Source: Paludibacteraceae bacterium (GTDB lineage Bacteria > Bacteroidota > Bacteroidia > Bacteroidales > Paludibacteraceae). From it: a stretch of DNA of 64,000 nucleotides. A program made the translations under genes and the position numbers. The stretch spans positions 2,733 through 66,732 of the forward strand of contig JAZRXL010000040.1 of assembly GCA_045600225.1 (NCBI GenBank), written 5' to 3'. The notes beneath the pieces were generated by a model. The model was not told the origin of the DNA. It ran no database searches and saw nothing but the letters and a program-made list of their open reading frames with translations. Positions 47,690 to 59,203 of this stretch are shown here, in pieces. The number at the start of each line of letters is the position of its first letter. Positions within the stretch are counted from its first letter, which is position 1.

Positions 47690-49114
47690 CTACACTCCTC
47701 TACCAGTAAATACGGTTTTAATTGTGTAGATCAAAATCTTCACATCAATCAGTAAAGAAAGATTCTCCAAATAGATTATATCATACTTTAATCGTTCAAT
47801 CATCTTATCAACGGAATCTGCGTAACCATACTTAACCATTCCCCAAGATGTGATTCCCGGACGCACCTTATGGATTACTCGATAATAAGGCACCTTCTCC
47901 TCTATTTTTTCTACGAAATATGGCCTTTCTGGGCGAGGACCTACCAACGACATATCCCCTTTCAGTACATTTATAAATTGTGGAATTTCATCGATTCTAT
48001 ACTTCCTTAAGAATTTTCCAACACGCGTAACTCTGCGATCATCTCTCGATGCAAGTTGAGGAACCGATCCTTCCGAATCATGCGCCATTGTTCGGAACTT
48101 ATATATCTTAAACAATTTTCCTTTCAAACCTACTCTTTCCTGTTGGTAAATCACAGGTCCCTCTGATGTGAATCTCACCAAGAGAGAAACAACAAGCAAC
48201 AAAGGAGACAATAGGACTAAAAACAGCAAAGAGGAAGTGACATCAAAGAAGCGCTTTACATTTTTATCATGTTCTGAAAATCTGACATCAAAGAAATTCA
48301 CCAAAGGAGCTCCATAAATAGATGACAATCGGACGCCTCCAGCAAACAAATCGTACAAACGAGGCGTAACCCTCACCTCCACATCATGTTCCACCAAACT
48401 GCTTACCAAATCATAGAAACATTTCTTATCATCGCTATCCATCGCAACAATCACCTCTTCCACCTTATGATCGCTTAGTAGTTTTTCCAAGTCAGTCAAA
48501 CCACCCAAGACCATATCACTCGGAACTGAGCATGGAGAGGAATCCACAGATACAAAACCTTCGATTATATGTCCCGAAGACTGTTCCTGAGACTGCAACT
48601 CTTTATATAGCTCCATTGCCTTATTACCCGTTCCTATAATCAATGTGTTAAAGCCCCAAACTCGATGATGAATATTATAAGTGGTTATTCGGGTTAAAGT
48701 ATACCTTCCAATGTAAACAACAACAAAATAGATCAAGAAAAGGACACCAAAGGCCAAATAGTAATCGGTATATTGTCCTACAGGATCATTCAATAGGAGC
48801 ACGAAGAAAAGTCCCAACGAACCTAAGAATATACTGGCAACAGTTTGAGACAACTCCTCCAATCTGGATTTCCTAAATGGCAGATTATAGTAGCCCGACA
48901 ACCAAAAGACGAAGAACCAATAAAGAGGGATACCCAATACTAACTTTTCAAAATTATAGATGGGAGAAAACAGATCAAAATTTTGCGTCGATGAAGATTC
49001 AATCTCCAATCGACGGAAAACAAAGAAAAGAAACCACGCGATCAGGACACATAGCATATCCACAACCACATATTTCAAACGTTGCTTCCTTCGTTTCTGC
49101 GTTAAACTCTCCAT
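47690..49114 (-). CDS. Polyprenyl-phosphate sugar phosphotransferase (WbaP-like initiating transferase)
   Basis: 474 aa. N-terminal TM segments, and the C-terminal bacterial sugar transferase motif DEIPQFINVLKGDMSLVGPRPERP. Confidence 0.85.
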   Translation of the reverse strand: MESLTQKRRKQRLKYVVVDMLCVLIAWFLFFVFRRLEIESSSTQNFDLFSPIYNFEKLVLGIPLYWFFVFWLSGYYNLPFRKSRLEELSQTVASIFLGSLGLFFVLLLNDPVGQYTDYYLAFGVLFLIYFVVVYIGRYTLTRITTYNIHHRVWGFNTLIIGTGNKAMELYKELQSQEQSSGHIIEGFVSVDSSPCSVPSDMVLGGLTDLEKLLSDHKVEEVIVAMDSDDKKCFYDLVSSLVEHDVEVRVTPRLYDLFAGGVRLSSIYGAPLVNFFDVRFSEHDKNVKRFFDVTSSLLFLVLLSPLLLVVSLLVRFTSEGPVIYQQERVGLKGKLFKIYKFRTMAHDSEGSVPQLASRDDRRVTRVGKFLRKYRIDEIPQFINVLKGDMSLVGPRPERPYFVEKIEEKVPYYRVIHKVRPGITSWGMVKYGYADSVDKMIERLKYDIIYLENLSLLIDVKILIYTIKTVFTGRGV

Positions 49115-49130
49115 TCGCTCTCCCCTATAG

Positions 49131-49736
49131 TTACTCTCTTATGATCTTAACCAAACCACCTTTCTCCAATTTGATAATTGAAGAAGGAGTCGCCTTAGAC
49201 TTATCGTCCTGTCTGTATTTTACTATATAGTCCACACCTTTCTTTATCTCTTCCGAAATTTCAGAAAAATTCTGTGCAGAAGGCTGTCCACTAATATTAG
49301 CAGACGTAGAGACTATTGGCATACGGAAAGCCTCACAAAGTGCCTTAGAGAAGTTCTCTTTTGTAAGTCTGATTCCCACGCTACCATCTTCTGCAATAAG
49401 GTTAGGAGCTAGATTTTTCGCTCCAGAATATATTATAGTCAATGGTTTTTCGCTCAAATCTATCAGGTCGTACGCTACTTCAGGGACCTCCTCCACTATT
49501 CGTTCCAATTTTGCAATGTGATCTGTCAAGACCAACAAAGACTTGCTATCTGGGCGTTGCTTTAACGCATATATTTTTTTCACTGCCTCCTCGTTAGTAG
49601 CATCACATCCCAATCCCCAAATCGTATCTGTAGGATACAAGATAATGCCACCTGCACGCAAAACCTTAACAGCCTCACGTATATCATCTCTGAAATCTGG
49701 CATTGCAACCGTATTATTTCTTTTATTATCACTCAT
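49131..49736 (-). CDS. tsaC: L-threonylcarbamoyladenylate synthase (YrdC/TsaC family)
   Basis: 201 aa. ILYPTDTIWGLGCDATNEEAV, and SANISG near the C-terminal half. Confidence 0.85.
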   Translation of the reverse strand: MSDNKRNNTVAMPDFRDDIREAVKVLRAGGIILYPTDTIWGLGCDATNEEAVKKIYALKQRPDSKSLLVLTDHIAKLERIVEEVPEVAYDLIDLSEKPLTIIYSGAKNLAPNLIAEDGSVGIRLTKENFSKALCEAFRMPIVSTSANISGQPSAQNFSEISEEIKKGVDYIVKYRQDDKSKATPSSIIKLEKGGLVKIIRE

Positions 49737-49748
49737 AGTTTCTCTCTT

Positions 49749-52559
49749 TTATTCACTCATCTTTTCTTTCAAGAAACGACCCGTGTAAGATCTTTCACAT
49801 TTCGACAACTCCTCTGGCGTACCTGCAAATACCAGTTCACCACCAGCATTACCGCCTTCTGGACCTATATCAATCACATGATCGGCAGCCTTCACCACAT
49901 CCAAATCATGCTCTACGATTACTACGGTATGACCATTTGCAATCAAAGCATTAAACGCTTTTAGCAATGTCTTTACATCATGGAAATGCAATCCTGTTGT
50001 AGGCTCATCAAAGATAAACAATGTTGGTTCTGGTTTCTCTGCACCTAAGATGGCCGCCAACTTCACACGCTGACTTTCACCGCCCGACAATGTATCTGAG
50101 GATTGTCCCAACTTCACATATCCAAGACCTACATCTTGCAGAGTTTTCAATCTTCGGGTTATCTTCTTTTCCAATGTACCCGTTGCTTCAGAGAAAAACT
50201 CGACAGCTTGGTTGACAGTCATCTCCAAAACATCAAAAATCGAGTTGCCCCTATAAAGAACCTCAAGCACATCATTCTTAAAGCGCTTACCTTGGCAAGA
50301 CTCACAAGGGAGAACCAAATCGGCCATAAACTGCATCTCAACAGTTACAGTTCCTTCACCCTGGCACTCTTCACATCGGCCACCCTCTACATTAAAAGAG
50401 AAGAAGGCTGGGGAATAACCCATCTGTTTTGCCAAAGGCTGTTCTGAGAATAGCTTACGTATATCATCATACGCTTTCACGTATGTTACCGGGTTAGATC
50501 GGGAAGACTTTCCTATAGGATTCTGATCTACAAAATCTACACCATGAAGCATATTGATACTACCTTTTATCTCCCTAAACGATCCCGGTTTCTCTGCCAC
50601 CTCGTCAAACTCTCGCTTCAAAGCATTGTAGAACACATCATATACCAAAGAGGATTTTCCAGAACCACTAACACCTGTAACAACCGTCATCACATTAAGA
50701 GGGAACTTCACATCAAATCCTTTAAGGTTGTTATGACAAACGCCTGTCAATTCTATATAGTTTGTCCACTTTCTACGAAAAGCAGGAACTTCTATTTTTT
50801 CTAATCCATTTAAATATTTTAGGGTATAACTCTCCTCACATAGCTTCTTATCTTTTAGAATTTCAGGAGACAATGCGCCTTGAAACACTACATTACCACC
50901 CAAACGACCAGCATTAGGTCCTATATCCACAATATAATCAGCTGCTCGCATAAATGCCTCTTCATGCTCAACCACCACAACAGTATTTCCCAGCTGTTGT
51001 AACTTACGAAGAACATTAATCAACAAATGGGTGTCACGAGGATGTAATCCAATGCTTGGCTCATCCAACACATAAAGAGAGCCTACTAAACTGCTGCCCA
51101 AAGATGTGACCAAATTGATTCGTTGGCTCTCTCCTCCGGAAAGCGTATTAGACAAACGGTTGAGGGTCAAATATCCCAGTCCCACATCCTGCAAGAACTG
51201 TATGCGATTACGAATCTCTGTCAACAATCGTTTTGCAACCTTCTCCTCCGATTCCGTAAAATCAAGTGAATTGAAAAAAGCTGCGAGGTCCGTAATAGGC
51301 AACGATACCAATTCCGTGATTGTCTTTCCACCCACTTTCACATAGCTAGCATCTTTTCTCAACCGTGTTCCATTGCAATCAGGGCAAGTGGTCTTTCCTC
51401 GGTAACGAGCAAGCATCACCCTATACTGTATCTTATATTGATTCTCTTTTACAAAATCGAAAAACGCATCAATTCCCTGTATCTTATGATTGCCATGCCA
51501 CAAAATAGATTTCTCTTCTTCTGTAAGATTCATATAGGGTTGATGAATCGGGAACTTCACGCTTGCTGCGTGCATAACGAAATATTGAAGCCATTCAGAC
51601 ATCTTCTCTCCTTTCCAACACACCACAGCACCATCGTAGACCGATCTCGTCTTATCAGGAACCACCAAATCTTCATCAATACCCATTACCTTTCCAAACC
51701 CTTCACAAGTAGGGCAAGCGCCATACGGTGTATTGAAACTAAACATCAAATCAGAAGGCTCCTCAAAAAGCATTCCATCCGCCTCAAATTTCTTCGAGAA
51801 GGTTCTCTCTTCTTCCTTCCCTTCTGGCAAATACATTCTAACCAAACAAGAATCATCTGCTTCAGCAAACGCAGTTTGAATAGAGTCAGAAAGACGGTTT
51901 TTCGTATCTCGGTCGTCACGAACCACAAAACGATCTATCACCAGGCGAACCGCAGAGGAAGCGGTCAAAGAATCTTCAGACAAAACCTCTTCGATCTTCT
52001 TGAATACGCCATCAACTTCTACCCTACTATAACCCTGTTGTTGGAATATGGCCAGTTGTTCAACCATCGATCTTCCCTTACTCAACAAGAATGGAGAGAA
52101 AAGGACGCCCTTAGTTCCCTCCGGATATGAGAAAATGAAATCAACAACATCACTCAATTGATGTTTCTTCACCTCTGCTCCAGAAATCGGAGAATAGGTC
52201 TTACCTACACGGGCAAAGAGCAACTTAAGATATTCATAAATCTCAGTGGAAGTACCAACGGTAGAACGAGGGTTGCGAGTGTTCACCTTCTGTTGGATGG
52301 CAATTGCTGGGGGGATACCCTTTATATAATCGACTTCCGGCTTGCTCATTCTACCCAAGAACTGACGCGCATAAGAAGAGAGACTCTCCACATAACGACG
52401 TTGTCCCTCTGCATAGAGCGTATCAAAAGCCAAAGAGGATTTTCCAGAACCTGAAAGTCCTGTAACCACCACCAATTTGTTTCGAGGAATCGTCACATCC
52501 ACCCCTTTTAAATTATGGACATGAGCATTCTTTATTGTTATTTCACCAACACTTGACAT
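49749..52559 (-). CDS. uvrA: Excinuclease ABC subunit A
   Basis: 936 aa. Two ABC modules ([26 protein letters not shown] twice) and Zn-finger cysteines. Confidence 0.97.
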   Translation of the reverse strand: MSSVGEITIKNAHVHNLKGVDVTIPRNKLVVVTGLSGSGKSSLAFDTLYAEGQRRYVESLSSYARQFLGRMSKPEVDYIKGIPPAIAIQQKVNTRNPRSTVGTSTEIYEYLKLLFARVGKTYSPISGAEVKKHQLSDVVDFIFSYPEGTKGVLFSPFLLSKGRSMVEQLAIFQQQGYSRVEVDGVFKKIEEVLSEDSLTASSAVRLVIDRFVVRDDRDTKNRLSDSIQTAFAEADDSCLVRMYLPEGKEEERTFSKKFEADGMLFEEPSDLMFSFNTPYGACPTCEGFGKVMGIDEDLVVPDKTRSVYDGAVVCWKGEKMSEWLQYFVMHAASVKFPIHQPYMNLTEEEKSILWHGNHKIQGIDAFFDFVKENQYKIQYRVMLARYRGKTTCPDCNGTRLRKDASYVKVGGKTITELVSLPITDLAAFFNSLDFTESEEKVAKRLLTEIRNRIQFLQDVGLGYLTLNRLSNTLSGGESQRINLVTSLGSSLVGSLYVLDEPSIGLHPRDTHLLINVLRKLQQLGNTVVVVEHEEAFMRAADYIVDIGPNAGRLGGNVVFQGALSPEILKDKKLCEESYTLKYLNGLEKIEVPAFRRKWTNYIELTGVCHNNLKGFDVKFPLNVMTVVTGVSGSGKSSLVYDVFYNALKREFDEVAEKPGSFREIKGSINMLHGVDFVDQNPIGKSSRSNPVTYVKAYDDIRKLFSEQPLAKQMGYSPAFFSFNVEGGRCEECQGEGTVTVEMQFMADLVLPCESCQGKRFKNDVLEVLYRGNSIFDVLEMTVNQAVEFFSEATGTLEKKITRRLKTLQDVGLGYVKLGQSSDTLSGGESQRVKLAAILGAEKPEPTLFIFDEPTTGLHFHDVKTLLKAFNALIANGHTVVIVEHDLDVVKAADHVIDIGPEGGNAGGELVFAGTPEELSKCERSYTGRFLKEKMSE

Positions 52560-52578
52560 AAACTACTTTGTAAGAATG

Positions 52579-52586
52579 CAAATTTA
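52579..52586 (-). promoter_or_regulatory. -7 box TAAATTTG for uvrA
   Basis: Plus-strand CAAATTTA, 20 nt upstream of the ATG at 52559. Confidence 0.4.
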
Positions 52587-52664
52587 GTCATAAAAACGGA
52601 GATTGCATTTTAGCAGACGGCAATAAATAACAAAACAAGACGAAAAAAACAATGTTTTTTATCT

Positions 52665-53276
52665 TTATAAATGATCCGTATTATCCCAATCCAAAACACA
52701 CCAAACACCATCTCGTTTTTCTACGATGCACAAACCTGTAGAGTGAGGATGAGGTGCATTAGCGATATCATGTATCGGTTGATATTTCAAGTAAGTATAA
52801 AGTATTTTTAGCAAAGCACCATGGGTGACCACCAACACATTCTCCCCTTGATGTTTCTTTGCGGCTTCTTCAATAAACGAGGAAGCCCGGTCGCGTACTT
52901 GCTGATAAGTCTCACAAGTAGGACGAGAAAAACTTTCCGGATGATGATAAAAGACATCCAGTTCTTCCTTGTATTTTTCTTCCAAGTCAGACACTAACCA
53001 ACCTTGCCAATCCCCCATAAGAATCTCCTTTAATTCATCGGCGAATATTGGTTCCAAGCCAAATCCATCAGCAAGGAGTTCGGCGGTGCGACGTGTACGT
53101 CGAAGAGGACTAACATAAAGAGCAGAGAAAGAAACATCTTTCAACTTTTTATTCAAAGCAATGGCCTGCTGTTCACCCTCTGGCGTCAGATCAGATTCCA
53201 TCTGTCCTTGGATACGATGCTCCACATTGAAGAAGGTCTGTCCGTGTCTTACTAAATAAAAACGAGTCATATACAA
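52665..53276 (-). CDS. Histidine phosphatase family protein (phosphoglycerate-mutase-like)
   Basis: LVRHGQT...N catalytic RHG motif and a later HG (VVTHGA). The start may be M3 at 53270. Confidence 0.8.
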   Translation of the reverse strand: MYMTRFYLVRHGQTFFNVEHRIQGQMESDLTPEGEQQAIALNKKLKDVSFSALYVSPLRRTRRTAELLADGFGLEPIFADELKEILMGDWQGWLVSDLEEKYKEELDVFYHHPESFSRPTCETYQQVRDRASSFIEEAAKKHQGENVLVVTHGALLKILYTYLKYQPIHDIANAPHPHSTGLCIVEKRDGVWCVLDWDNTDHL

Positions 53277-53337
53277 ACAAGAAATGAGGAAAACCCGAAG
53301 ATTTTCCTCTTATCTTTTGATTTTTTAATCAAGGAAA

Positions 53338-53523
53338 TTAAACTGCAGCTTCTTTCTCTACAGCAACCATTCCGCGGTAGTAGCCACACTCGCCACATAC
53401 ACGGTGGTACAAATACAATGCACCGCAGTTAGGGCATACTGCCAATGTAGGAGCCTCTGCCTTGTAGTGAGTTCTTCTCTTTGCTCCTCTTGATTTTCCT
53501 TGTCTTCGCTTAGGATGTGCCAT
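53338..53523 (-). CDS. rpmF: 50S ribosomal protein L32
   Basis: MAHPKRRQGKSRGAKRR... with CPNCG...CGECG zinc-ribbon cysteines. Confidence 0.93.
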   Translation of the reverse strand: MAHPKRRQGKSRGAKRRTHYKAEAPTLAVCPNCGALYLYHRVCGECGYYRGMVAVEKEAAV

Positions 53524-53561
53524 TTTGTTTTTATTTTAAATTAGTTATTATCTTTTATTAT

Positions 53562-54131
53562 TTACTTTGTTTCTTCCTTATCCAACAATCCTCGAAGTCC
53601 TTCCCAGCGAGGATCAACATAATCAGAATCAGAATTTGCATCTTCCTCCTCTTCTGTTCGCTCTCCAATCAAATAACTATTCAACTGAGTCATCATCTCT
53701 TCTGAGCATTCACCCTCTGGATGCACATGCTGTACCGGAATATCCAATGCGATAAATTCATACATATACCACGAAAGATCAATCTCTCCGGGATATTCTG
53801 GCACCACAACCAAAGTGTCATCAACCTCCTCAAACTCATCACCAAATTTTACAACCAACTGATTCTCTGCTTCAATCTCCTGCTTCATATCCTCCAAGCA
53901 TCGGTCACATGGAATATACACATAACCACTCAACTCAAAGTTGAACTCAAAAGAGTGGGCCGACTTCTTTAAAGAAACATTAACCGCAACATCTCCTCGT
54001 TGAACTTCAGGAGCCTCTATCCTCTCGAAGAACGCATCCTCTAAACGGAACTCATACTCATGCGTTCCCAAAGGCAAGTCCTTCAGTTGTATGACATAGG
54101 TCTCTTTATTATCCATCAGCATGGTCTTCAA
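53562..54131 (-). CDS. yceD: YceD/DUF177 family protein
   Basis: 189 aa, acidic, with the CDRCL motif. It sits in the conserved position upstream of rpmF. The start is uncertain (M1, M4 or M6). Confidence 0.75.
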   Translation of the reverse strand: MKTMLMDNKETYVIQLKDLPLGTHEYEFRLEDAFFERIEAPEVQRGDVAVNVSLKKSAHSFEFNFELSGYVYIPCDRCLEDMKQEIEAENQLVVKFGDEFEEVDDTLVVVPEYPGEIDLSWYMYEFIALDIPVQHVHPEGECSEEMMTQLNSYLIGERTEEEEDANSDSDYVDPRWEGLRGLLDKEETK

Positions 54132-54265
54132 AAACTCCGCAAAATTACAAAATTTACCAATACAAAATCCTATCGGATTGGCATTTTTTCAAAAAAAATA
54201 TCAACAATAAAACTATATTCCTAAAAATCAAACAGTTAAACACAACAACAGCAATAAAATCAAAC

Positions 54266-55444
54266 TCATGTCTGTGAAAGATTTTTCCCATCAATTCTCT
54301 CTAACATAATCCTGAAAGTTGTACCCTTCCCTATCTCTGATTTTTTTACAAATATTTTTCCGTGATGATACTCCTCAACAATTCGCTTGACCAAAGAAAG
54401 TCCCAATCCCCAACCTCTTTTCTTGGTCGTAAAACCAGGATTAAAGACGGTCGAAAACTTCGACTTCGGAATTCCCTTACCCGAATCCTGGACATCAATC
54501 AACACATCTCCACCATCCACGGAGACAAAGGCCGTTATCGTCCCCTCCTTCGATATTGCATCAATTGCATTCTTGCATAGGTTCTCAATCACCCAAGCGA
54601 ACAATGGTTTGTTCATCTTCACAAAGACAGTCTCTTCTGTCTCATACACGGAAGAGATAACAATCCTGCTCGACGTCCTTTTTTGCATATAACCGAGAGT
54701 ATTATCCAACACATCCCTCAGTGGTGTCGGCGTCAATTCCGGCACAGAGCCTATTTTCGAAAATCGTTCCGCAATGACTTGCAAACGATCCACATCTTTC
54801 TGCATCTCCGGGATCATTTCAGCTGGCACATTTCCCTCTTTTATGATCTCCATCCAAGCCATAAGGGAGGAGATGGGAGTACCCAACTGATGAGCTGTTT
54901 CTTTTGAAAGTCCAACCCACAATCGATTCTGTTCCGATTTCTTTGCACTTGCGAAGAAGAAAAACAAGACACAGAAAAAGACTACAATTATAACTGCTTG
55001 TATATACGGATAATAGGCCAGTTTTTTTAACAACAGAGAGTCATCATAATAAAGGTATTGGTACAAGTTTTCATCCAACTGCATTTCAATTGGCGTATGC
55101 ACCTCTTTTAAATCCTTTAGTTTATTCTGCAAAAACGAAAGCGTATCACTTTCCTTTATCTCAATATTACGATAGGTTATCACCTCATCATCAGCATCGG
55201 CTATCATCACAGGTATGGTGTTATTATCCTCAATCACTTTCAGTATAAAAGTAAAGTCTGAACCCGATACATCCGTCACCAAAAGCTTCGTAGCCTCTGC
55301 CCAGAGTTCAATGCGGCGATGTTCCTCTTGTGCCATATCGTCAGCCAACTTATCCGTAAAATAGACGGACAGGGCGACAATACATACTGCCACCAACGAA
55401 AAGAAATACTTTACATACCGAAAATTATCAAATGTGATCTGCAC
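54266..55444 (-). CDS. Membrane sensor histidine kinase
   Basis: 392 aa, 2 TM segments. H-box ETAHQLGTPISSL, N-box ENLCKNAIDA, G-boxes DSGKGI and GWGLGLS. Confidence 0.85.
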   Translation of the reverse strand: MQITFDNFRYVKYFFSLVAVCIVALSVYFTDKLADDMAQEEHRRIELWAEATKLLVTDVSGSDFTFILKVIEDNNTIPVMIADADDEVITYRNIEIKESDTLSFLQNKLKDLKEVHTPIEMQLDENLYQYLYYDDSLLLKKLAYYPYIQAVIIVVFFCVLFFFFASAKKSEQNRLWVGLSKETAHQLGTPISSLMAWMEIIKEGNVPAEMIPEMQKDVDRLQVIAERFSKIGSVPELTPTPLRDVLDNTLGYMQKRTSSRIVISSVYETEETVFVKMNKPLFAWVIENLCKNAIDAISKEGTITAFVSVDGGDVLIDVQDSGKGIPKSKFSTVFNPGFTTKKRGWGLGLSLVKRIVEEYHHGKIFVKKSEIGKGTTFRIMLERIDGKNLSQT

Positions 55445-55447
55445 TGC

Positions 55448-56371
55448 CTATCGATATTTTCCTTCTTCACAATCTTCCAACACACTCAAATAGCTGTTAT
55501 AGCGTGACTCGCTAATCAAATGATTTTCCAAAGCTGCACGCACCGCACATCCTGGCTCATGTATATGGGTACAGTTGCCGAACTTACAATCTGCCGAATG
55601 CTTGAATATTTCAGGAAAGTAGTGTCCTACTTCTTCCTTTTGAAAATCTATCGTGCCAAAACCTTTGATTCCTGGAGTATCTATCAGATAGCCATCTCCA
55701 TCCACCTCAAACATTTCGGAGAATGTTGTAGTGTGCATTCCCTTATTATGAATATCAGAAATCACACCAGTTTTTGTCACAACAGAAGAGGACACTGCAT
55801 TTATTAGAGATGATTTGCCCACACCAGAATTACCCGACAACAATGTAGTCTTATTCATAAGCATAGAACGTAACTCCTCCACCCCAGCTCCTTCCTTAGC
55901 CGACACGCACGAAACCTTGTATCCAATAGATTCATACAAATACTTAAGTGCATTCATATACTCTAGTTCCTCCTCCGTATACAAATCTATCTTATTAATC
56001 ACAATGGTGGCAGGAACTCTATACGCTTCGGCTGTCGCCAACACACGATCAATAAACACCGTCGATGTCTCAGGATGGTTGATCGTAACAATAAGCATCA
56101 ACAGATCGACATTCGCAGCTATAATGTGCAGCTGCTTTGAGAGGTTCGTAGGACGGCGGACTATATAGTTTCTCCTATCTTCGATATTGGTAATCCAACC
56201 AGTGCCATCCGCCATCACATCAAAAGAAACCCGATCGCCTACGGCAACCGGGTTTGTACTTTTTATGCCTTTAATACGGAAATTGCCTTTGACTCTACAC
56301 TCAACAAAGTTACAATCCGGTGTTTTCACCAAGTAACTACTTCCCGTATTTCTAACAATTAATCCAACCAT
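55448..56371 (-). CDS. rsgA: Ribosome small-subunit-dependent GTPase A
   Basis: 307 aa. Circularly permuted GTPase (NKIDL...[10 protein letters not shown]) and a C-terminal CxxxxCxHxxxxxC zinc motif. Confidence 0.92.
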   Translation of the reverse strand: MVGLIVRNTGSSYLVKTPDCNFVECRVKGNFRIKGIKSTNPVAVGDRVSFDVMADGTGWITNIEDRRNYIVRRPTNLSKQLHIIAANVDLLMLIVTINHPETSTVFIDRVLATAEAYRVPATIVINKIDLYTEEELEYMNALKYLYESIGYKVSCVSAKEGAGVEELRSMLMNKTTLLSGNSGVGKSSLINAVSSSVVTKTGVISDIHNKGMHTTTFSEMFEVDGDGYLIDTPGIKGFGTIDFQKEEVGHYFPEIFKHSADCKFGNCTHIHEPGCAVRAALENHLISESRYNSYLSVLEDCEEGKYR

Positions 56372-56380
56372 TAGACAAGA

Positions 56381-56941
56381 CTAGACTGTCATGATTTCCT
56401 TTTCTTTTGCAGCCAAAAGTTCGTCAACCTTCTTAATGTAACGATCGTGAATCTTTTGGATCTCTGCCTCTGCATCTTTCTCCACATCTTCAGAAAGTCC
56501 ATTCTTTATCTCTTTCTTCAAACCCTCAATAGCATCACGACGAGCATTACGAACACTTACCTTTGCATCTTCTCCCTCGCCACGTGCTTGCTTTACCAAG
56601 ACTTTACGACGATCTTCTGTCAATGGAGGAATACAAAGACGAATCAACTCACCATTGTTTTCTGGAGTGATACCCACCTCTGAATTCATGATTGCTCTTT
56701 CAATCTCAGAGATCATTTTCTTCTCCCATGGTTGAATGGCAATTGTTCTTGCATCAGGAGTTGTAATTGTAGCCACACCCGACAAAGGAACGATACTTCC
56801 ATAATAATCAACACGGACAGGATCCAAAATACGGACATTCGCCTTTCCAGCACGAATGTGCGCTAATGAATCATCCAAGTGAGCAACAGCCTGAGACATT
56901 TTATCTTCTGCTGCTTTGTAATATTCTTTTACTTCTGCCAT
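56381..56941 (-). CDS. frr: Ribosome recycling factor
   Basis: 186 aa. [20 protein letters not shown]...[15 protein letters not shown]. Confidence 0.95.
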   Translation of the reverse strand: MAEVKEYYKAAEDKMSQAVAHLDDSLAHIRAGKANVRILDPVRVDYYGSIVPLSGVATITTPDARTIAIQPWEKKMISEIERAIMNSEVGITPENNGELIRLCIPPLTEDRRKVLVKQARGEGEDAKVSVRNARRDAIEGLKKEIKNGLSEDVEKDAEAEIQKIHDRYIKKVDELLAAKEKEIMTV

Positions 56942-57048
56942 AATTTCAATACCTAATAATTTGTAAAAATATAATCCTCGTAAAATAGAGACGCAAAAAT
57001 AAAATTTTTATTCTATCTCAACAAATTGTGACCAAACAAATTAAGATT

Positions 57049-59034
57049 TCACTCAACCGTCACACTATCCTTACCCAAAGGAATCCACTTCACTTGTCTT
57101 GTTTCTCCTCCGATTATGGATTTACCAGAAGCATCAACCACACCTCGTTTTCCTGCCACCTTTACCGAGAACATTCCATCTCCATTATATTTCAAATCAT
57201 CATACAAACAAGGCACCACAATATTTCCCTGGCAGTCGATTACTCCCCAACGATTCACAATCTTCAATGGGGCGTAGCCATTCTCAAAATCTCCAATATG
57301 ATCAAAGATGCAAGATGTCAAGATTGCTCCCTTCTCATCCAATAGTCCGTAAAGTCCATTCTTCTCCACCACCTGAGATGCACAGACAGCCTCACTATCC
57401 TCAGAGATGTTTCGACTAGGTTTCTCCACACCCTTCGCATCCAAAATATATTTCACCCCACCACGAGTCACAATGGCAAATCCTTTTCGGAAAGTGGAAG
57501 CCTTCTCATATTGACAAGGAATGACCTGTTCTCCTTTCTCGTTAACAAATCCATACTTTCCATCTTTCTGGACTCTCGCCAAACCATTTGTAGCAAATGC
57601 CAAAGCATCTTCATACTGGCATAAGATTACCTCCTTACCCAAACGATCTATGAATCCAAACTTGCCTTCTTTCGAAACTGGTATCAAGTTTGATTTCGAC
57701 CATCGATAAGACCATTTCTCCCTGACATCCGAGAAAGAGTAGTCGTATTTGAACGAGGAGATTGGTTTCATTTCTTCATTCACGAAACCCCACTTGCCCT
57801 TTTTCTTAACAGGACATACACCATTGCAGAAAGTCAATATCTCATCATACTCGGGAGTTGAAACGATTTCTCCCTTTTGGTTCATAAAGTTCCACACCAA
57901 CTTATCCTTTTTCCTTATAACGACACCTGTCACCGAGGAGTTAAAAGGAGCAAGATCTTCATATTGGCAAGGGATCTTCAAGGTTCCATTTTTATCTGCG
58001 AATCCCTTCAAACCATCTTTTTGAACCATAATCATCTCCGACCCTTCCGAGAATACCTTATCGTATTCGCATGCCAACAAAGGAGTTCCGTCCGTTTTCA
58101 CTGCTCCAATCTTGCCACCTCTCTCTACGACGAAATAGGTTACTGCAGATGTGAATGGACCCTCAATCTGATCATATTCGCAAGGGACAACCATCAAACC
58201 TTTTGTATTTAACACACCATATTGTTTCTTTCCATTTTTGTTCTTTTGCATAACTACAGCAAATCCATTTTGGAATGACAAAAGCTCATCAAATGGAGTT
58301 GGCGCCTGATTATAAATCTCCAAACTCCTCAACTTATCCAACTGAGATCGCTCAATACTCGTTTTTCTCTCCACCTTTGTCACAACATCAAATCGCTCAC
58401 CTTTTTTATTGATAGAAAAGGCCGTTCCAATCTTACGAACCGAACATAAAGAATCGACAAATGCTATTTCATCCAAACGATCGTAGTAATAAGGGATCAC
58501 CAACAATCCAAATGGATCTATAAATCCGACAGAGTCTTTTTCATCCACTACAGCAGCCATTTGCGATGAGAATGGATAGGCAAATTTGAAAGAGGGCTCA
58601 ACCATCATTTCCCCTTGTTTATCCACATATCCCCACACTCCGTTTACCTTTACAGCAGCCATTCCATCGGAAAAATCCTGAGCATCTTCATATTGGCAGG
58701 CAATCACCTCTGTGGCCGATCCATCGATGAAGCCGTACTTTCCGTTTTTCACAACTCTCATCATTCCATCTCGGAATTCATAATTGACAGGATATTTAGA
58801 GTTGGATTTATCCTTATCATAGGTTGGTGCCAGTATCAATTCCCCATCCAAAGAAAGGAATCCACACTTATCACTTGTCCATACTGGCAAAAGATTCCCT
58901 TGAGGAAGACTCACTTCTGCGTAACGCTGAGTTGCCACCCTCATACCCAAAGTAACGGGTACACTCTTCTGTGCAAACATAGCCGACTGAGAACAAATGG
59001 CTAACGCACCCAATATCAAATGTAACTTTTTCAT
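57049..59034 (-). CDS. WG-repeat (KWG) beta-propeller-like secreted protein
   Basis: More than 12 repeats of the (K/G)(Y/W)G(F/Y)(I/V)(D/N)xxGxxV(I/V)PCQYE type. The start at MKKLHLILGALAICSQSAMFAQ is preferred because a -7 box lies at 59065..59072. Confidence 0.8.
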   Translation of the reverse strand: MKKLHLILGALAICSQSAMFAQKSVPVTLGMRVATQRYAEVSLPQGNLLPVWTSDKCGFLSLDGELILAPTYDKDKSNSKYPVNYEFRDGMMRVVKNGKYGFIDGSATEVIACQYEDAQDFSDGMAAVKVNGVWGYVDKQGEMMVEPSFKFAYPFSSQMAAVVDEKDSVGFIDPFGLLVIPYYYDRLDEIAFVDSLCSVRKIGTAFSINKKGERFDVVTKVERKTSIERSQLDKLRSLEIYNQAPTPFDELLSFQNGFAVVMQKNKNGKKQYGVLNTKGLMVVPCEYDQIEGPFTSAVTYFVVERGGKIGAVKTDGTPLLACEYDKVFSEGSEMIMVQKDGLKGFADKNGTLKIPCQYEDLAPFNSSVTGVVIRKKDKLVWNFMNQKGEIVSTPEYDEILTFCNGVCPVKKKGKWGFVNEEMKPISSFKYDYSFSDVREKWSYRWSKSNLIPVSKEGKFGFIDRLGKEVILCQYEDALAFATNGLARVQKDGKYGFVNEKGEQVIPCQYEKASTFRKGFAIVTRGGVKYILDAKGVEKPSRNISEDSEAVCASQVVEKNGLYGLLDEKGAILTSCIFDHIGDFENGYAPLKIVNRWGVIDCQGNIVVPCLYDDLKYNGDGMFSVKVAGKRGVVDASGKSIIGGETRQVKWIPLGKDSVTVE

Positions 59035-59064
59035 ACTTTCTATATATTTAAACAATTGACAAGG

Positions 59065-59072
59065 CAAATATA
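59065..59072 (-). promoter_or_regulatory. -7 box TATATTTG for the WG-repeat gene
   Basis: Plus-strand CAAATATA, 31 nt upstream of the ATG at 59034. It overlaps the track's longer start at 59067. Confidence 0.45.
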
Positions 59073-59203
59073 CAGCAAAATTAGGAATGATTCGTTGCCT
59101 TTCTTGTTTTTACGCCATCATCATCGAAAATTCACAATATACACAAACAAGAATAAGAGAAGCCAAACCAATGACTTCTCTTATTGTCGAAACAGGGAGC
59201 TCT

